From the NCBI GenBank assembly GCA_028819575.1, contig JAPPLB010000069.1:88470-152469 (forward strand): a DNA stretch of 64,000 nt. The letters are read 5' to 3'. Below are positions 10,149 to 19,143 of this stretch, piece by piece. Positions within the stretch are counted from its first letter, which is position 1; each line of letters begins with the position of its first letter. The translations under genes were made by a program, and so were the position numbers. Source of the DNA: Bryobacterales bacterium (GTDB lineage: Bacteria > Acidobacteriota > Terriglobia > Bryobacterales > UBA6623). The notes beneath the pieces were generated by a model. The model was not told where the DNA came from. It did no database searches and saw only the letters and a list, made by a program, of their open reading frames with translations.

Positions 10149-12095
10149 ATGACCAAGTCGTTCCTCTTCTTTACCTTCATCGCGGCCCTCGCGGCGGTGC
10201 AGACGGTGAATGCGGCCAGCCATCCACTCGACCCGTTGAGCTACCAGGAAATCTGGCGAGTTCTCGAACTCGTCCGGGGCGCCGGGCATATGGACAGGGA
10301 TACCCGATTCTCCCAGTTGACGCTGTACGAGCCCCCCAAACGCGATGTGCTGGCCTGGCGTCCTGGAGGCGAAATGCCGCGCAAGGCATACGCCGTTGTG
10401 CGTCAGGGGCAGGATGCGTTCGAGGCTATCGTCGATCTGACTGCAGACAAGGTTGCATCCTGGTCCCCGCTGAGTGGCGTTCAGCCGAACTGGTCCAAAG
10501 AGGATTTCAAAGCTGTGGTCGACAAAGTACTGGAACATCCGGACTTCGTCTCCGGCCTGGAAGCTCGCGGAATCACCGACACCACCTTTCTGGACTGCAG
10601 CACGGGACCGCCGGGCTACTTCGGAACCGAGGAAGAACGAGGGCGGCGTCTCGGCAACGTCCGCTGCTCCGAGCCTCGTGGAGTCCGGAATGACTGGACC
10701 CGGCAAGTCGAGGGTCTGTCGGCAGTGGTCGATCTCAACTCAGAGGAGGTCCTGCGGGTCGTGGACGATGGTCCCGTACCGATCACCAGCACCAACGGTG
10801 ACTTCGATCGCACGACACTCGAACGCCCCCGCGAGGTTCCGGGCCCGCTTGACACTCGTCAGCCGCTCGGCCCCGGATTCGTAATCGACGGATACCGGGT
10901 ACGTTGGCAGAACTGGCGGTTCCACCTGCGACCCGATCAGCGCGTCGGTGCGGTCCTGTCGTTGCTGAGCTATCAGGAGAAGCCGGGCCTTCCAGCCCGG
11001 TCCGTGATGTACCAAGGTCACTTGTCCGAGATATTCGTTCCCTACATGGACCCGTCGTTCGGATGGTACCGCCGTAACTTCATCGACATCGGTGAATTCG
11101 TGGCCAGGGGGTTGGCGCAGGCACTGCTTCGCGGCAGGGACTGTCCCGACTACGCCGCATATATCGACACCGTGATCAGCAATGAAAAGGGACGCCCGCG
11201 CACTGTGCCGGACACGATCTGCGTTTTCGAGAGAGAGACGGGTGATCCCGCTTGGCGCCATTGGACTTCCGAACTGCCAGACAGTCGGCGCAGTCGTGAC
11301 CTTGTCGTGCGCGTCGGCGCCGTCGTCGGTAATTACGATTACCTGCTCGACTGGATCTTTCGCCAGGACGGTTCGATCGAGGTGCGGGTGGGCACCACCG
11401 GTATCCTTGAAGTGAAAGCAACCGCGGCGAAGAACGCATTGCATGCAGAACCGGAAGCCGACGCCTATGGCCGATTCGTAGATCGCAATATCGTGGCGGT
11501 GAATCACGATCACTACTTCAGCTACCGCCTCGACCTGGACATTGACGGTATCAATAACCGGTTTATCACCGACCGCCTGGTGACCCGGCGGCTGCCCGCA
11601 GGGCACCCCCGCCGAAGCCTATGGGTCCGCGAGCAGCATGTTCCGGATAGCGAGCAAGAGGCGCAACTCGACATCGACCTCGGACGTCCCGCTCTGTGGC
11701 GCGTTCTCAGCAACGATAAACAAAACTCCTCCGGCTATCCAACAAGCTTTCAGGTGCTTCCCGGCAGAAACGCCAACACGCTCCTGTCGGAAGACGACTA
11801 TCCACGGCGGCGCGCCGGCTTCATCGATCATCACCTCTGGGTAACCCCGCAGCGAGACGGGGAACGTCATGCCGCCGGTGATCATCCAACCTTGAGTGAG
11901 CCCGGAATGGGGTTGCCCGCCTGGACGGCCGCCGATCGATCAATCCGTGACAAGGACATTGTCGTTTGGCACACCATTGGCATGCATCATTTACCCCGCT
12001 CCGAGGACTGGCCGGTTATGCCGACCATGTGGTACAGCTTCGAGCTTCGACCATTCGACTTCTTTGACCGAAACCCTGCGCTCGACCTGCCCTGA
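10149..12095 (+). CDS. copper-containing primary amine oxidase (TPQ cofactor)
   Basis: ORF 10017..12095. The likely start is ATG 10149 (GGAG ~9 nt upstream), giving the signal peptide MTKSFLFFTFIAALAAVQTVNAAS. It has the TPQ consensus VVGNYDYLLDW, plus HDHYFSYRLDLDIDG and VVWHTIGMHHLPRSEDWP. Confidence 0.9.
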   Translation: MTKSFLFFTFIAALAAVQTVNAASHPLDPLSYQEIWRVLELVRGAGHMDRDTRFSQLTLYEPPKRDVLAWRPGGEMPRKAYAVVRQGQDAFEAIVDLTADKVASWSPLSGVQPNWSKEDFKAVVDKVLEHPDFVSGLEARGITDTTFLDCSTGPPGYFGTEEERGRRLGNVRCSEPRGVRNDWTRQVEGLSAVVDLNSEEVLRVVDDGPVPITSTNGDFDRTTLERPREVPGPLDTRQPLGPGFVIDGYRVRWQNWRFHLRPDQRVGAVLSLLSYQEKPGLPARSVMYQGHLSEIFVPYMDPSFGWYRRNFIDIGEFVARGLAQALLRGRDCPDYAAYIDTVISNEKGRPRTVPDTICVFERETGDPAWRHWTSELPDSRRSRDLVVRVGAVVGNYDYLLDWIFRQDGSIEVRVGTTGILEVKATAAKNALHAEPEADAYGRFVDRNIVAVNHDHYFSYRLDLDIDGINNRFITDRLVTRRLPAGHPRRSLWVREQHVPDSEQEAQLDIDLGRPALWRVLSNDKQNSSGYPTSFQVLPGRNANTLLSEDDYPRRRAGFIDHHLWVTPQRDGERHAAGDHPTLSEPGMGLPAWTAADRSIRDKDIVVWHTIGMHHLPRSEDWPVMPTMWYSFELRPFDFFDRNPALDLP

Positions 12096-12186
12096 TTTCT
12101 CAAGCTCCGGCCAGAGCCAGGCTGCAGTTTGCACCGTCAGTTCTTTCCCGACGCGACCCGGATTCTGCCGGCGCGGCAGGGATCGG

Positions 12187-13203
12187 CTACCGGGTTTCGA
12201 GAAAGCGAGCCAGCTCATCGCGGTTGAAGACCGGAAGAGGCTCAGCCCGTCCATCACGAACGAGCGTTACACCATCTGCGGCAGAGACGACCTCTCCAAT
12301 CTCCCGAGCCGAGATGCCTACGTCGTTGAGCGCTCCAATCGCCTCCGGCACCACGGTCGCGGGAACCGTTGCAAGCAGGGCGCCCGAAGCGAGCAAACCC
12401 AACGGGTCAAGGTCCAGGGCTGTAGTGATGATGCTCGTTTCCGGCAGGAGTTCGATCTTTTCGAGCATGATGCGCAATCCGACGTTGGCCGCCTCGGCAA
12501 GCTCGTGCAGCGCTGTGAAAACGCCTCCTTCTGTCGGGTCATGCATCGAATGGACCGGCACGGCATCCCTCAGAGCACGGCACGCGGGCAGTACTGAAAT
12601 GCCCGGCTCGACCATCCATTGGGAAGATTTCTCGATCACCGTTTCGGAAACACCCAGTACCCGAAGCAGCCCGGCGTGTTCCGAAGCGAGAATGGCCGTG
12701 CCCTCGATGGCCACGCCCGCCGTCAGGAGGACGGCGTCTCCGACACGAGCCCCCGCGGTCCTCACAACGGCATCCCGTTGGACGGTTCCCAGCAGGCATC
12801 CGCTGAGGATAGGACGGTCGAGTCCAACCGTGACCTCGGTGTGACCGCCCACCAGAGACACCCCATATTCCCGACAAGCATGAGCTACGCTGTCGAAGAG
12901 CTCACGTACTTCATGCCTATCGATCTCTTCCGGCAAAAGCGCGGTGACCAGCAGCCACCGCGGTTCCGCTCCCATCGTTGCGAGGTCGTTTCCGTTGACC
13001 GCGAGAAGGTAGCGCCCCATGTCCGCCGCGGCAAACGTGATTGGGTCCATCTTGGCAACGATCAGGTCTTTGCCGCCGGGGTCGATCACGGCAGCGTCCT
13101 CTCCGAGAGCACTGCCGACAACCACGGAGGGATCGACGGACGGGATGGTATCGAGAAGTTCCTTAAGGAGACCAGGCGGAAGTTTGCCGGCGGCAAGCTT
13201 CAT
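12187..13203 (-). CDS. AIR synthase-related protein (PurM/HypE/ThiL superfamily)
   Basis: ORF 12187..13314. The likely start is the internal ATG at 13203 (MKLAAGKLPPGLLKELL). GEDAAVID, NDLATMGAEP, VSLVGGHTEV and MHDPTEGGV match the PurM-like N and C domains. Confidence 0.8.
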   Translation of the reverse strand: MKLAAGKLPPGLLKELLDTIPSVDPSVVVGSALGEDAAVIDPGGKDLIVAKMDPITFAAADMGRYLLAVNGNDLATMGAEPRWLLVTALLPEEIDRHEVRELFDSVAHACREYGVSLVGGHTEVTVGLDRPILSGCLLGTVQRDAVVRTAGARVGDAVLLTAGVAIEGTAILASEHAGLLRVLGVSETVIEKSSQWMVEPGISVLPACRALRDAVPVHSMHDPTEGGVFTALHELAEAANVGLRIMLEKIELLPETSIITTALDLDPLGLLASGALLATVPATVVPEAIGALNDVGISAREIGEVVSAADGVTLVRDGRAEPLPVFNRDELARFLETR

Positions 13204-13556
13204 TGCGAAGCGGTGTTCCTGGTTTTGTCGAGCCGGGAACATGGCGGCAGGTCGACCGAAAGCACCTTGACTCCAGACAGTGCATCGGGTTTGCCACCAC
13301 GGTAGACACCGCACGTGCGAATGTCACTGACGTGCAACCTAAGGATCATGGCCGTTCCCAGATTATGGTACGTCCCAGATACAACACGGGTTCCGCCAGT
13401 ATCGGACATTTTCGCAATGTTCCCTGGCGATGAGCCGGGCTGCAAGTTTATCAGATCAGGCGAATCGGCCCGTCTCCAGGGCCGAGCAATGAGTAGGGGT
13501 AACGTGAAGGCCTGAGTGATCATGAGAACGGAAAGACAGGAAATCACGCGTTTCAA
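13200..13556 (-). CDS. hypothetical small protein with signal-like N-terminus (doubtful)
   Basis: 118-aa ORF with a TTG start. Its stop overlaps the downstream ATG in an ATGA (13203-13200). The N-terminus MKRVISCLSVLMITQAFTLPLL is hydrophobic. By hand count, third-position GC (~58%) and local GC are lower than in neighbouring genes, so coding status is uncertain. Confidence 0.25.
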   Translation of the reverse strand: MKRVISCLSVLMITQAFTLPLLIARPWRRADSPDLINLQPGSSPGNIAKMSDTGGTRVVSGTYHNLGTAMILRLHVSDIRTCGVYRGGKPDALSGVKVLSVDLPPCSRLDKTRNTASQ

Positions 13557-13821
13557 ACCCGGACAATCAGAACTGGCATTGATTCGGAGCCACTTTCATC
13601 TCGAATTTCAACAGCGCAAGAGGAATCCCGACGGGTCGGCAGTTCGGATGTGCCATTACTGTTAGCGGGCGTTGGTCCGCTGCGAAGCCGAGTCGGTAGT
13701 GCTTTCCGCAACGAAGGATGTGTCTTCTGAAACGAGATCGCACTCCATCCCTCAAGCGGGCTGTCTTTGATCAGGATCGGTAGTTGACAGGCGCTACACT
13801 CTTCGTCTCGGGGATGAAGCG

Positions 13822-15300
13822 ATGAAGATCATGATGGTGGCTTCGGAGGCCGAACCATACGCAAAGACTGGCGGACTCGGCGACGTTGTCGGAGCCCTTT
13901 CACGACATCTTGCCGGCCTCGGTGAACATGTGGCCGTTATTCTGCCTCTCTATGAAGCAACCGTACCCGTTCTCGCCAGCCGCCCCCAGACGATCGTCTC
14001 CGAAGACCTGTCGATCGCGCTGGGCGCTGAACAGCGCCATGTTCGTGTCGTTCGTGTCGATGAAGCCGGCGTGTCGTGGTATTTCATGGACGATCCCGAC
14101 TACTATCACCGCCCGGGCCTGTACGGGACATCCGACGACGGCTATGTTGACAACGCACAGCGCTTTATGACCCTGGTTCGAGGCGCTCTGGCTATCGCCG
14201 CAGACGAGTTCGCCCCCGACATCCTGCACTGTCATGATTGGCAAACCGGCCTGGCTCCGGTCTTGTTGAAAACTGGTCATGATCCGAGCCACCCGCCGGG
14301 CTCGCTACCGACTCTTTTCACCATTCACAATCTGGGCTACGACGGACTGTTCGAGAAAGACATCTTGACGAAGATCGGGTTGCCCGAGGAACTATTTCAT
14401 GTCGATGCGCTGGAGTTCTACGGAAAGGTGAGTCTGCTCAAGGGCGGGATTCTCCATGCCGACCGAATCAGCACAGTCAGCGAAGCATACAGCCGCGAGA
14501 TCCTCACGTCGGAACACGGACTCGGTAAGGAAGGCATCACCAGACTTCGAAAAGAAGACTTGGTCGGCATTCTGAACGGCGTGGACTATACCCGATGGGA
14601 CCCTGCGACCGACCCCGTGATCACGGCGAACTATTCGGCGGATGATCTCACCGGGAAACGCGATTGCAAGCTGGATCTTCTACGAGAATTCGGTCTCCCT
14701 ACTCCTGCAGCCGACCGGCCGCTTTTTGGAGTCGTGTCGAGACTCGCCTGGCAGAAGGGGCTTGATCTGGTAGCTGCCGTGACTTCCGAGCTGGTTGATT
14801 CGGGAGGACTTCTGATCGTTCTGGGAACGGGAGAAAGCGGCTTGGAACAGGAACTGCGCACGCTTTCGAGACGCTATCCCGAGAGCGTCGGTGTCCGCAT
14901 CGCTTATGACGACCCACTCGCTCACAAGATCGAAGCCGGAGCGGATGTCTTTTTGATGCCCAGCCGCTACGAGCCCTGCGGGCTGAACCAGATGTACAGC
15001 CTCAGATACGGTACGGTGCCCGTAGTGCGAGCGACGGGCGGCTTGCTCGACACAGTCCAACCCTGGGATGACAAAACCTGGATGGGGAACGGCTTCCGAT
15101 TCTCCGGCAACTCGACGGAAGCTTTCCTGGGAGCGATCCGGGAGGCGCTACGGCTATACCGGAACAGTGACGCTTGGACAGCCATCATGCGCAACGGCAT
15201 GACGGCTGATCATTCCTGGGAACGTTCGGCCCGGCGATATCTCGAAGTCTACCGGGAGATCATACGAGCAAATCGCGTTGTTGCTTCGCAGCCACTGTGA
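13822..15300 (+). CDS. glgA: glycogen (starch) synthase
   Basis: 492 aa. MKIMMVASEAEPYAKTGGLGDVVGAL is the classic KTGGL N-terminus. HCHDWQTGLAP, PSRYEPCGLNQMY and RATGGLLDTV are also present. Confidence 0.95.
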   Translation: MKIMMVASEAEPYAKTGGLGDVVGALSRHLAGLGEHVAVILPLYEATVPVLASRPQTIVSEDLSIALGAEQRHVRVVRVDEAGVSWYFMDDPDYYHRPGLYGTSDDGYVDNAQRFMTLVRGALAIAADEFAPDILHCHDWQTGLAPVLLKTGHDPSHPPGSLPTLFTIHNLGYDGLFEKDILTKIGLPEELFHVDALEFYGKVSLLKGGILHADRISTVSEAYSREILTSEHGLGKEGITRLRKEDLVGILNGVDYTRWDPATDPVITANYSADDLTGKRDCKLDLLREFGLPTPAADRPLFGVVSRLAWQKGLDLVAAVTSELVDSGGLLIVLGTGESGLEQELRTLSRRYPESVGVRIAYDDPLAHKIEAGADVFLMPSRYEPCGLNQMYSLRYGTVPVVRATGGLLDTVQPWDDKTWMGNGFRFSGNSTEAFLGAIREALRLYRNSDAWTAIMRNGMTADHSWERSARRYLEVYREIIRANRVVASQPL

Positions 15301-15422
15301 CAGTGATCCAGGCAACGAGCGATCTGATAATCTGGAACTAGAGATCGGGGGCGACTCTCCTTACCGGGCGCCGGCGAGGCAGCATGAGCCCTCCACGTCG
15401 AGGATATTTTCCGGAGGAATGA

Positions 15423-15752
15423 ATGGCTGGAGCGAATACTGTTACTCTCACCGACGAGGGATTTGACAGCGATGTTTTACAGTCGGATGTGCCTGTTCTC
15501 GTGGATTTTTGGGCTATCTGGTGTGGTCCATGCCGCATGATGGCTCCTGTGATCGACGAGGTCGCCAACGACTATGTCGGCAAAGTGAAAGTGGGTAAGC
15601 TCGACGTCGACAGCAACCCGCAGTCAGCCAGCCGTTATCAGGTTCGCGGCATCCCCACGTTGCTGCTGTTCAAAGGAGGACAGGTCGTCGAGCAGTTGGT
15701 CGGCGCAGTTCCCAAGGACAAGGTGGTTGAAGCTCTGAACGGCCACATCTGA
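15423..15752 (+). CDS. trxA: thioredoxin
   Basis: 109 aa with the WCGPC active site ([15 protein letters not shown]) and thioredoxin-fold length. Confidence 0.95.
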   Translation: MAGANTVTLTDEGFDSDVLQSDVPVLVDFWAIWCGPCRMMAPVIDEVANDYVGKVKVGKLDVDSNPQSASRYQVRGIPTLLLFKGGQVVEQLVGAVPKDKVVEALNGHI

Positions 15753-15760
15753 GTGGCGTG

Positions 15761-16822
15761 TCAGTAGGGATGATAGCCTTTCACCCCTAGCTCGATCCGA
15801 TACAGACTCAGATCGATCGTGACGTAGAGGACGTTTGCCTCTTCGCCGATGCCGAACTCGACGTTGCTCGGCAGGCCGATCGGGTTTTGAGGGTCGGTTT
15901 GGTTCTCGGGTCCGGTAGAGATGAATCCCACTTCTTTACCGTCGGGGTTGATGATCATCACCCCTGGCCGCTTCAGGCTGCGTGACGTCAGGTAGACGTG
16001 CCCCTCCACGTCGACCGTCATGCCGTCGCAGCCGGCTTCTTTCCCAAAGTCGACCAACGTTCTTCGTGGACCGCTGATCAATCCGTCGTCTCCCAACGGA
16101 AAGGAGTAGATCTTCATCGCTCCATGCTCGGCCGGCGGAGCATCGGGATCAGAAATCCGCTCGCTTCCGTTGTTGTGGTCGGCGAGAAAGAACGTCTTCT
16201 CGTCGGGACTGAGCGCAACGCCGTTGGGCTTTTCGACATCATGCGTCAGTTCTAAGACCGTGCCGTCCGTATCGATGCGATAGACGGCCATGTGTTCAAG
16301 CTCGCGGTTCGCAGCGCCGAGATAGCGAGGATCGGAGAAGTAGATTCTGCCCTTGGTGTCGAGTGCGAGATCATTCGGGGCGTTGAAGCGCTTGCCGTCG
16401 TAGCTATCGGCGACGGTGGTCTTCTCGCCAGTCTCGATGTTCCACCGCGAGATCTGCCGGCCTCCCTGATCGGCCCCTTCGGCGGCAAGCAGATATCCCT
16501 CGGCGTCGAAAGTCAAGCCGTTTGATTTACCGCTGTCTTCGGCGAAAACCGTCGTCTCGCCCGTCCCAGGATCGAACCGCATGATCTTGCCCTTGTCGGA
16601 ACCAAATGGAATGTCCGAGAAGTAGATGCTGCCGTCAGGCGCCACGGCTGGTCCTTCGGTGAGACCTCCCTGAATGGGCAGCGATCGCGTGAAGAGTTTC
16701 TCGAGCTTCGCCCCCTCAGGGACAATCGCATTCGCCTCGGCCGGTTCCGGTTCAGCCGGCGGCTCGATGGCGCAACCCAATGAGAGCAGAAGAGCAATGC
16801 AGACCAACAGAGACTTGTTCAT
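15761..16822 (-). CDS. SMP-30/gluconolactonase/LRE family lipoprotein
   Basis: ORF 15761..16855. The likely start is ATG 16822 (AGGAA 8 nt upstream), giving MNKSLLVCIALLLSLGCA (lipobox). It has six-bladed propeller-type repeats (EGPAVAPDGSIYFSD, NDLALDTKGRIYFSDP, PNGVALSPDEKTFFLAD). Confidence 0.8.
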   Translation of the reverse strand: MNKSLLVCIALLLSLGCAIEPPAEPEPAEANAIVPEGAKLEKLFTRSLPIQGGLTEGPAVAPDGSIYFSDIPFGSDKGKIMRFDPGTGETTVFAEDSGKSNGLTFDAEGYLLAAEGADQGGRQISRWNIETGEKTTVADSYDGKRFNAPNDLALDTKGRIYFSDPRYLGAANRELEHMAVYRIDTDGTVLELTHDVEKPNGVALSPDEKTFFLADHNNGSERISDPDAPPAEHGAMKIYSFPLGDDGLISGPRRTLVDFGKEAGCDGMTVDVEGHVYLTSRSLKRPGVMIINPDGKEVGFISTGPENQTDPQNPIGLPSNVEFGIGEEANVLYVTIDLSLYRIELGVKGYHPY

Positions 16823-16998
16823 CACAGGTTCCTTTTCCGGCAGATCGTGAATCAATTGAACCAGTCATACTACTGTGACCTTCAAGGCACGTGAAAGGCA
16901 ACCCTTGCATGGTTTTCCGGCTACTTTCCTGAAGAGAGTCGCTGCCCGAAATCAGTCGGGGATTCCGCCGTGCGACACTATCTCACAGACAGCGACTC

Positions 16999-18135
16999 AT
17001 GATCTACAGCGGCCGGTCCCCGGAAACAGACGAACTCCTTCACGTCCACGAAGACAACGGAGTCATCGTGAAGGTCGAGAAGACGGGCCGCCCCCATGGC
17101 GGGCCCTACATTGCTCCGGGCATGATCGACCTTCAGGTCAACGGATTCGCCGGTGTCGACTACAATTCGCCGGACACACCTCAGGACGAGATCGCCCGCT
17201 CGATTGAAGTGATTCGCCGCACCGGCGTCACGCGCTTCTTCCCAACAGTCATCACTGGCTCGCACGAAAATATCACCGGCTCTCTCGGCAACCTCGCGCG
17301 AGCGAAGCGAGAGTTGTCGAACGGGAACTCGCTGGTTCGGTTCCATGTCGAAGGCCCCTGGATCTCACCGGTAGACGGTCCTCGCGGAGCGCATCCAAAG
17401 GAGCACGTGCGTGCTGCAACCGTTGACGAATGGAAGCGGTTCGAAGAAGCGGCCGAGGGCCACATCGGCATTCTTACGCTCGCGCCGGAACAGGAAGGAG
17501 CGCTGAGCCTGATCGAGCACGTAACAGAGCAGGGAAGAGCGGTCGTCGCTCTCGGGCACACCAACGCAGACACTTCCAGGATCAAGGATGCCATCCGGGC
17601 CGGCGCGACGATGAGCACGCACCTCGGCAACGGCTCGCATCAGGTAATCGCACGGTTCCCGAACTACATTCTCGACCAGATGGCGTCGGACGAACTCTGC
17701 GCAGGACTCATTGTCGACGGGATTCATCTCGATCCCAGCTTCGTCAAGATCGCCGTCCGAGCCAAGGGACTCGATCAGTGCATTCTCGTTACCGATGCCG
17801 TCGCACCTGCGGGCTGTCCTCCGGGTATCTATCGCATCGGCCACCTGGAGGTCGAGTTGACGCCTGAGAATCGCGTCGAGCTGACGTCCTCGCGGCGCCT
17901 TGCCGGTTCCGCCCTCACGATGGACAGCGGCCTTGCAAAGCTGATCCAATTCGCGGAGATTTCTCTTTGTGAAGCCTTGAAGACGGCTACCACAAATGCG
18001 GCTAGGCACGCTCGCATCGGCGGACGCCAAGGTTTTCTCGACCCCGGCGACCTCGCCGATCTCATTCTCTTCGACTACGACTCCGCGAGCGGCAGTATCG
18101 AAGTCCGACAAACGGTCTGCTCGACGGCCGGTTAG
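16999..18135 (+). CDS. nagA: N-acetylglucosamine-6-phosphate deacetylase
   Basis: 378 aa. PGMIDLQVNGFAGVDYN, ALGHTNA, STHLGNG and LVTDA are NagA/amidohydrolase signatures. Confidence 0.85.
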   Translation: MIYSGRSPETDELLHVHEDNGVIVKVEKTGRPHGGPYIAPGMIDLQVNGFAGVDYNSPDTPQDEIARSIEVIRRTGVTRFFPTVITGSHENITGSLGNLARAKRELSNGNSLVRFHVEGPWISPVDGPRGAHPKEHVRAATVDEWKRFEEAAEGHIGILTLAPEQEGALSLIEHVTEQGRAVVALGHTNADTSRIKDAIRAGATMSTHLGNGSHQVIARFPNYILDQMASDELCAGLIVDGIHLDPSFVKIAVRAKGLDQCILVTDAVAPAGCPPGIYRIGHLEVELTPENRVELTSSRRLAGSALTMDSGLAKLIQFAEISLCEALKTATTNAARHARIGGRQGFLDPGDLADLILFDYDSASGSIEVRQTVCSTAG

Positions 18136-18280
18136 CATCCGTGCACGGGAAACCAGGGTCAGCAGGCCGTTGCAACCATTGTGGGCCGGCGTTGGGCGCG
18201 ATCATCCAGCAAGACGGCACCCTTGAGCAAGGCACCGAAATGACGTACACTTGAGTACTCGGCAAAAGAAGGACACGACC

Positions 18281-18568
18281 ATGGCCCGGGCGAACGTGAC
18301 CAAGAGCGAGCGGGTAAATCTACGGCTCAACGAAACGACGAAGCGACGGATCGAACAAGCGGCTTCGTTTGAAGGGAAAACCGTCAGCGGCTTCATTGTG
18401 TCCAGTGCTCTGGAAAACGCAGAGAAGACCATCCAGAAGTACGAAACGATGGTTCTCGACCGGCGTGATGCCAGGCGCTTCTTCGATGTCATCGTCAATC
18501 CGCCAGCTCCGAACGACAAGCTCCGCACGGCCATGGACGAGCATGAAAAACGCGTTGTCTCGCGATGA
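18281..18568 (+). CDS. DUF1778 (TacA-like, RHH) antitoxin
   Basis: ORF 18251..18568 has a TTG start; ATG 18281 has GAAGGA upstream. RVNLRLNETTKRRIEQAASFEGKTVSGFIVSSALENA is the typical DUF1778 pattern. It overlaps the next gene by 4 nt. Confidence 0.85.
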   Translation: MARANVTKSERVNLRLNETTKRRIEQAASFEGKTVSGFIVSSALENAEKTIQKYETMVLDRRDARRFFDVIVNPPAPNDKLRTAMDEHEKRVVSR

Positions 18569-19068
18569 CAGACCTGGACGCGCTCGTTATGGAGCCGCTC
18601 GGGAAAAGACACGACCGAGCGGCTTTTTCTTGTGGGCTACCAGAGTTGGACCGCTACCTTGTGCGGCAGGCCGGCCAGGATGTTCGACGCCGCATCGCTA
18701 GGGTGTTTGTCTGCACGGTCGAGGGCACCGATACCATCCTTGGCTTTTACACGCTGAGCGCATTGGCGGTAGATCTGAGTTCTCTTCCCGAAAAGCTGTC
18801 TCGAAAGCTACCGCGGCATCCGGTGCCTTGCGCTCTTATAGGTCGACTTGCTGTCGACCAGTCAGTACGGGGACACGGTTTGGGGCGCATGCTTCTCGTC
18901 GATGCGATCAAGCGAACCATGGGCGCCAGTGATATTTTGGCAATCCACGCCGTGATCGTAGACGCCAAAAACAAAGTGGCAAAACGGCTCTACGAGGCGT
19001 TTGGGTTCACCCCTATGCAGGATGACCCCATGCGGCTTTTTTTACCGCTGGGCTCGATCCATCTTTAA
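18565..19068 (+). CDS. GNAT-family acetyltransferase toxin (TacT-like)
   Basis: 167 aa. FSCGLPELDRYLVRQAGQDVRRRIARVFV and LIGRLAVDQSVRGHGLGRMLL (acetyl-CoA site) are present. An ATGA overlap joins it to the DUF1778 gene. Confidence 0.85.
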   Translation: MTDLDALVMEPLGKRHDRAAFSCGLPELDRYLVRQAGQDVRRRIARVFVCTVEGTDTILGFYTLSALAVDLSSLPEKLSRKLPRHPVPCALIGRLAVDQSVRGHGLGRMLLVDAIKRTMGASDILAIHAVIVDAKNKVAKRLYEAFGFTPMQDDPMRLFLPLGSIHL

Positions 19069-19143
19069 GGTTCTGTTTCCAACAGGTATTGGAACTCGGT
19101 TGGTGAACAAACCAGACCCTGAGGCGGACTGAACGGAGACTTG

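Noticed and set aside
11967-11982. TGGCAC-N5-TGGCA, a near-consensus sigma-54 motif
   Set aside because: It lies inside the amine oxidase CDS, encoding the conserved VWHTIGMHH segment. There is no downstream gene start, so it is most likely a coincidence of codons.
13784-13789. Perfect TTGACA upstream of glgA as a -35 box
   Set aside because: No acceptable -10 hexamer lies 16-18 nt downstream, and it is only 32 nt from the ATG. I cannot support a promoter call.
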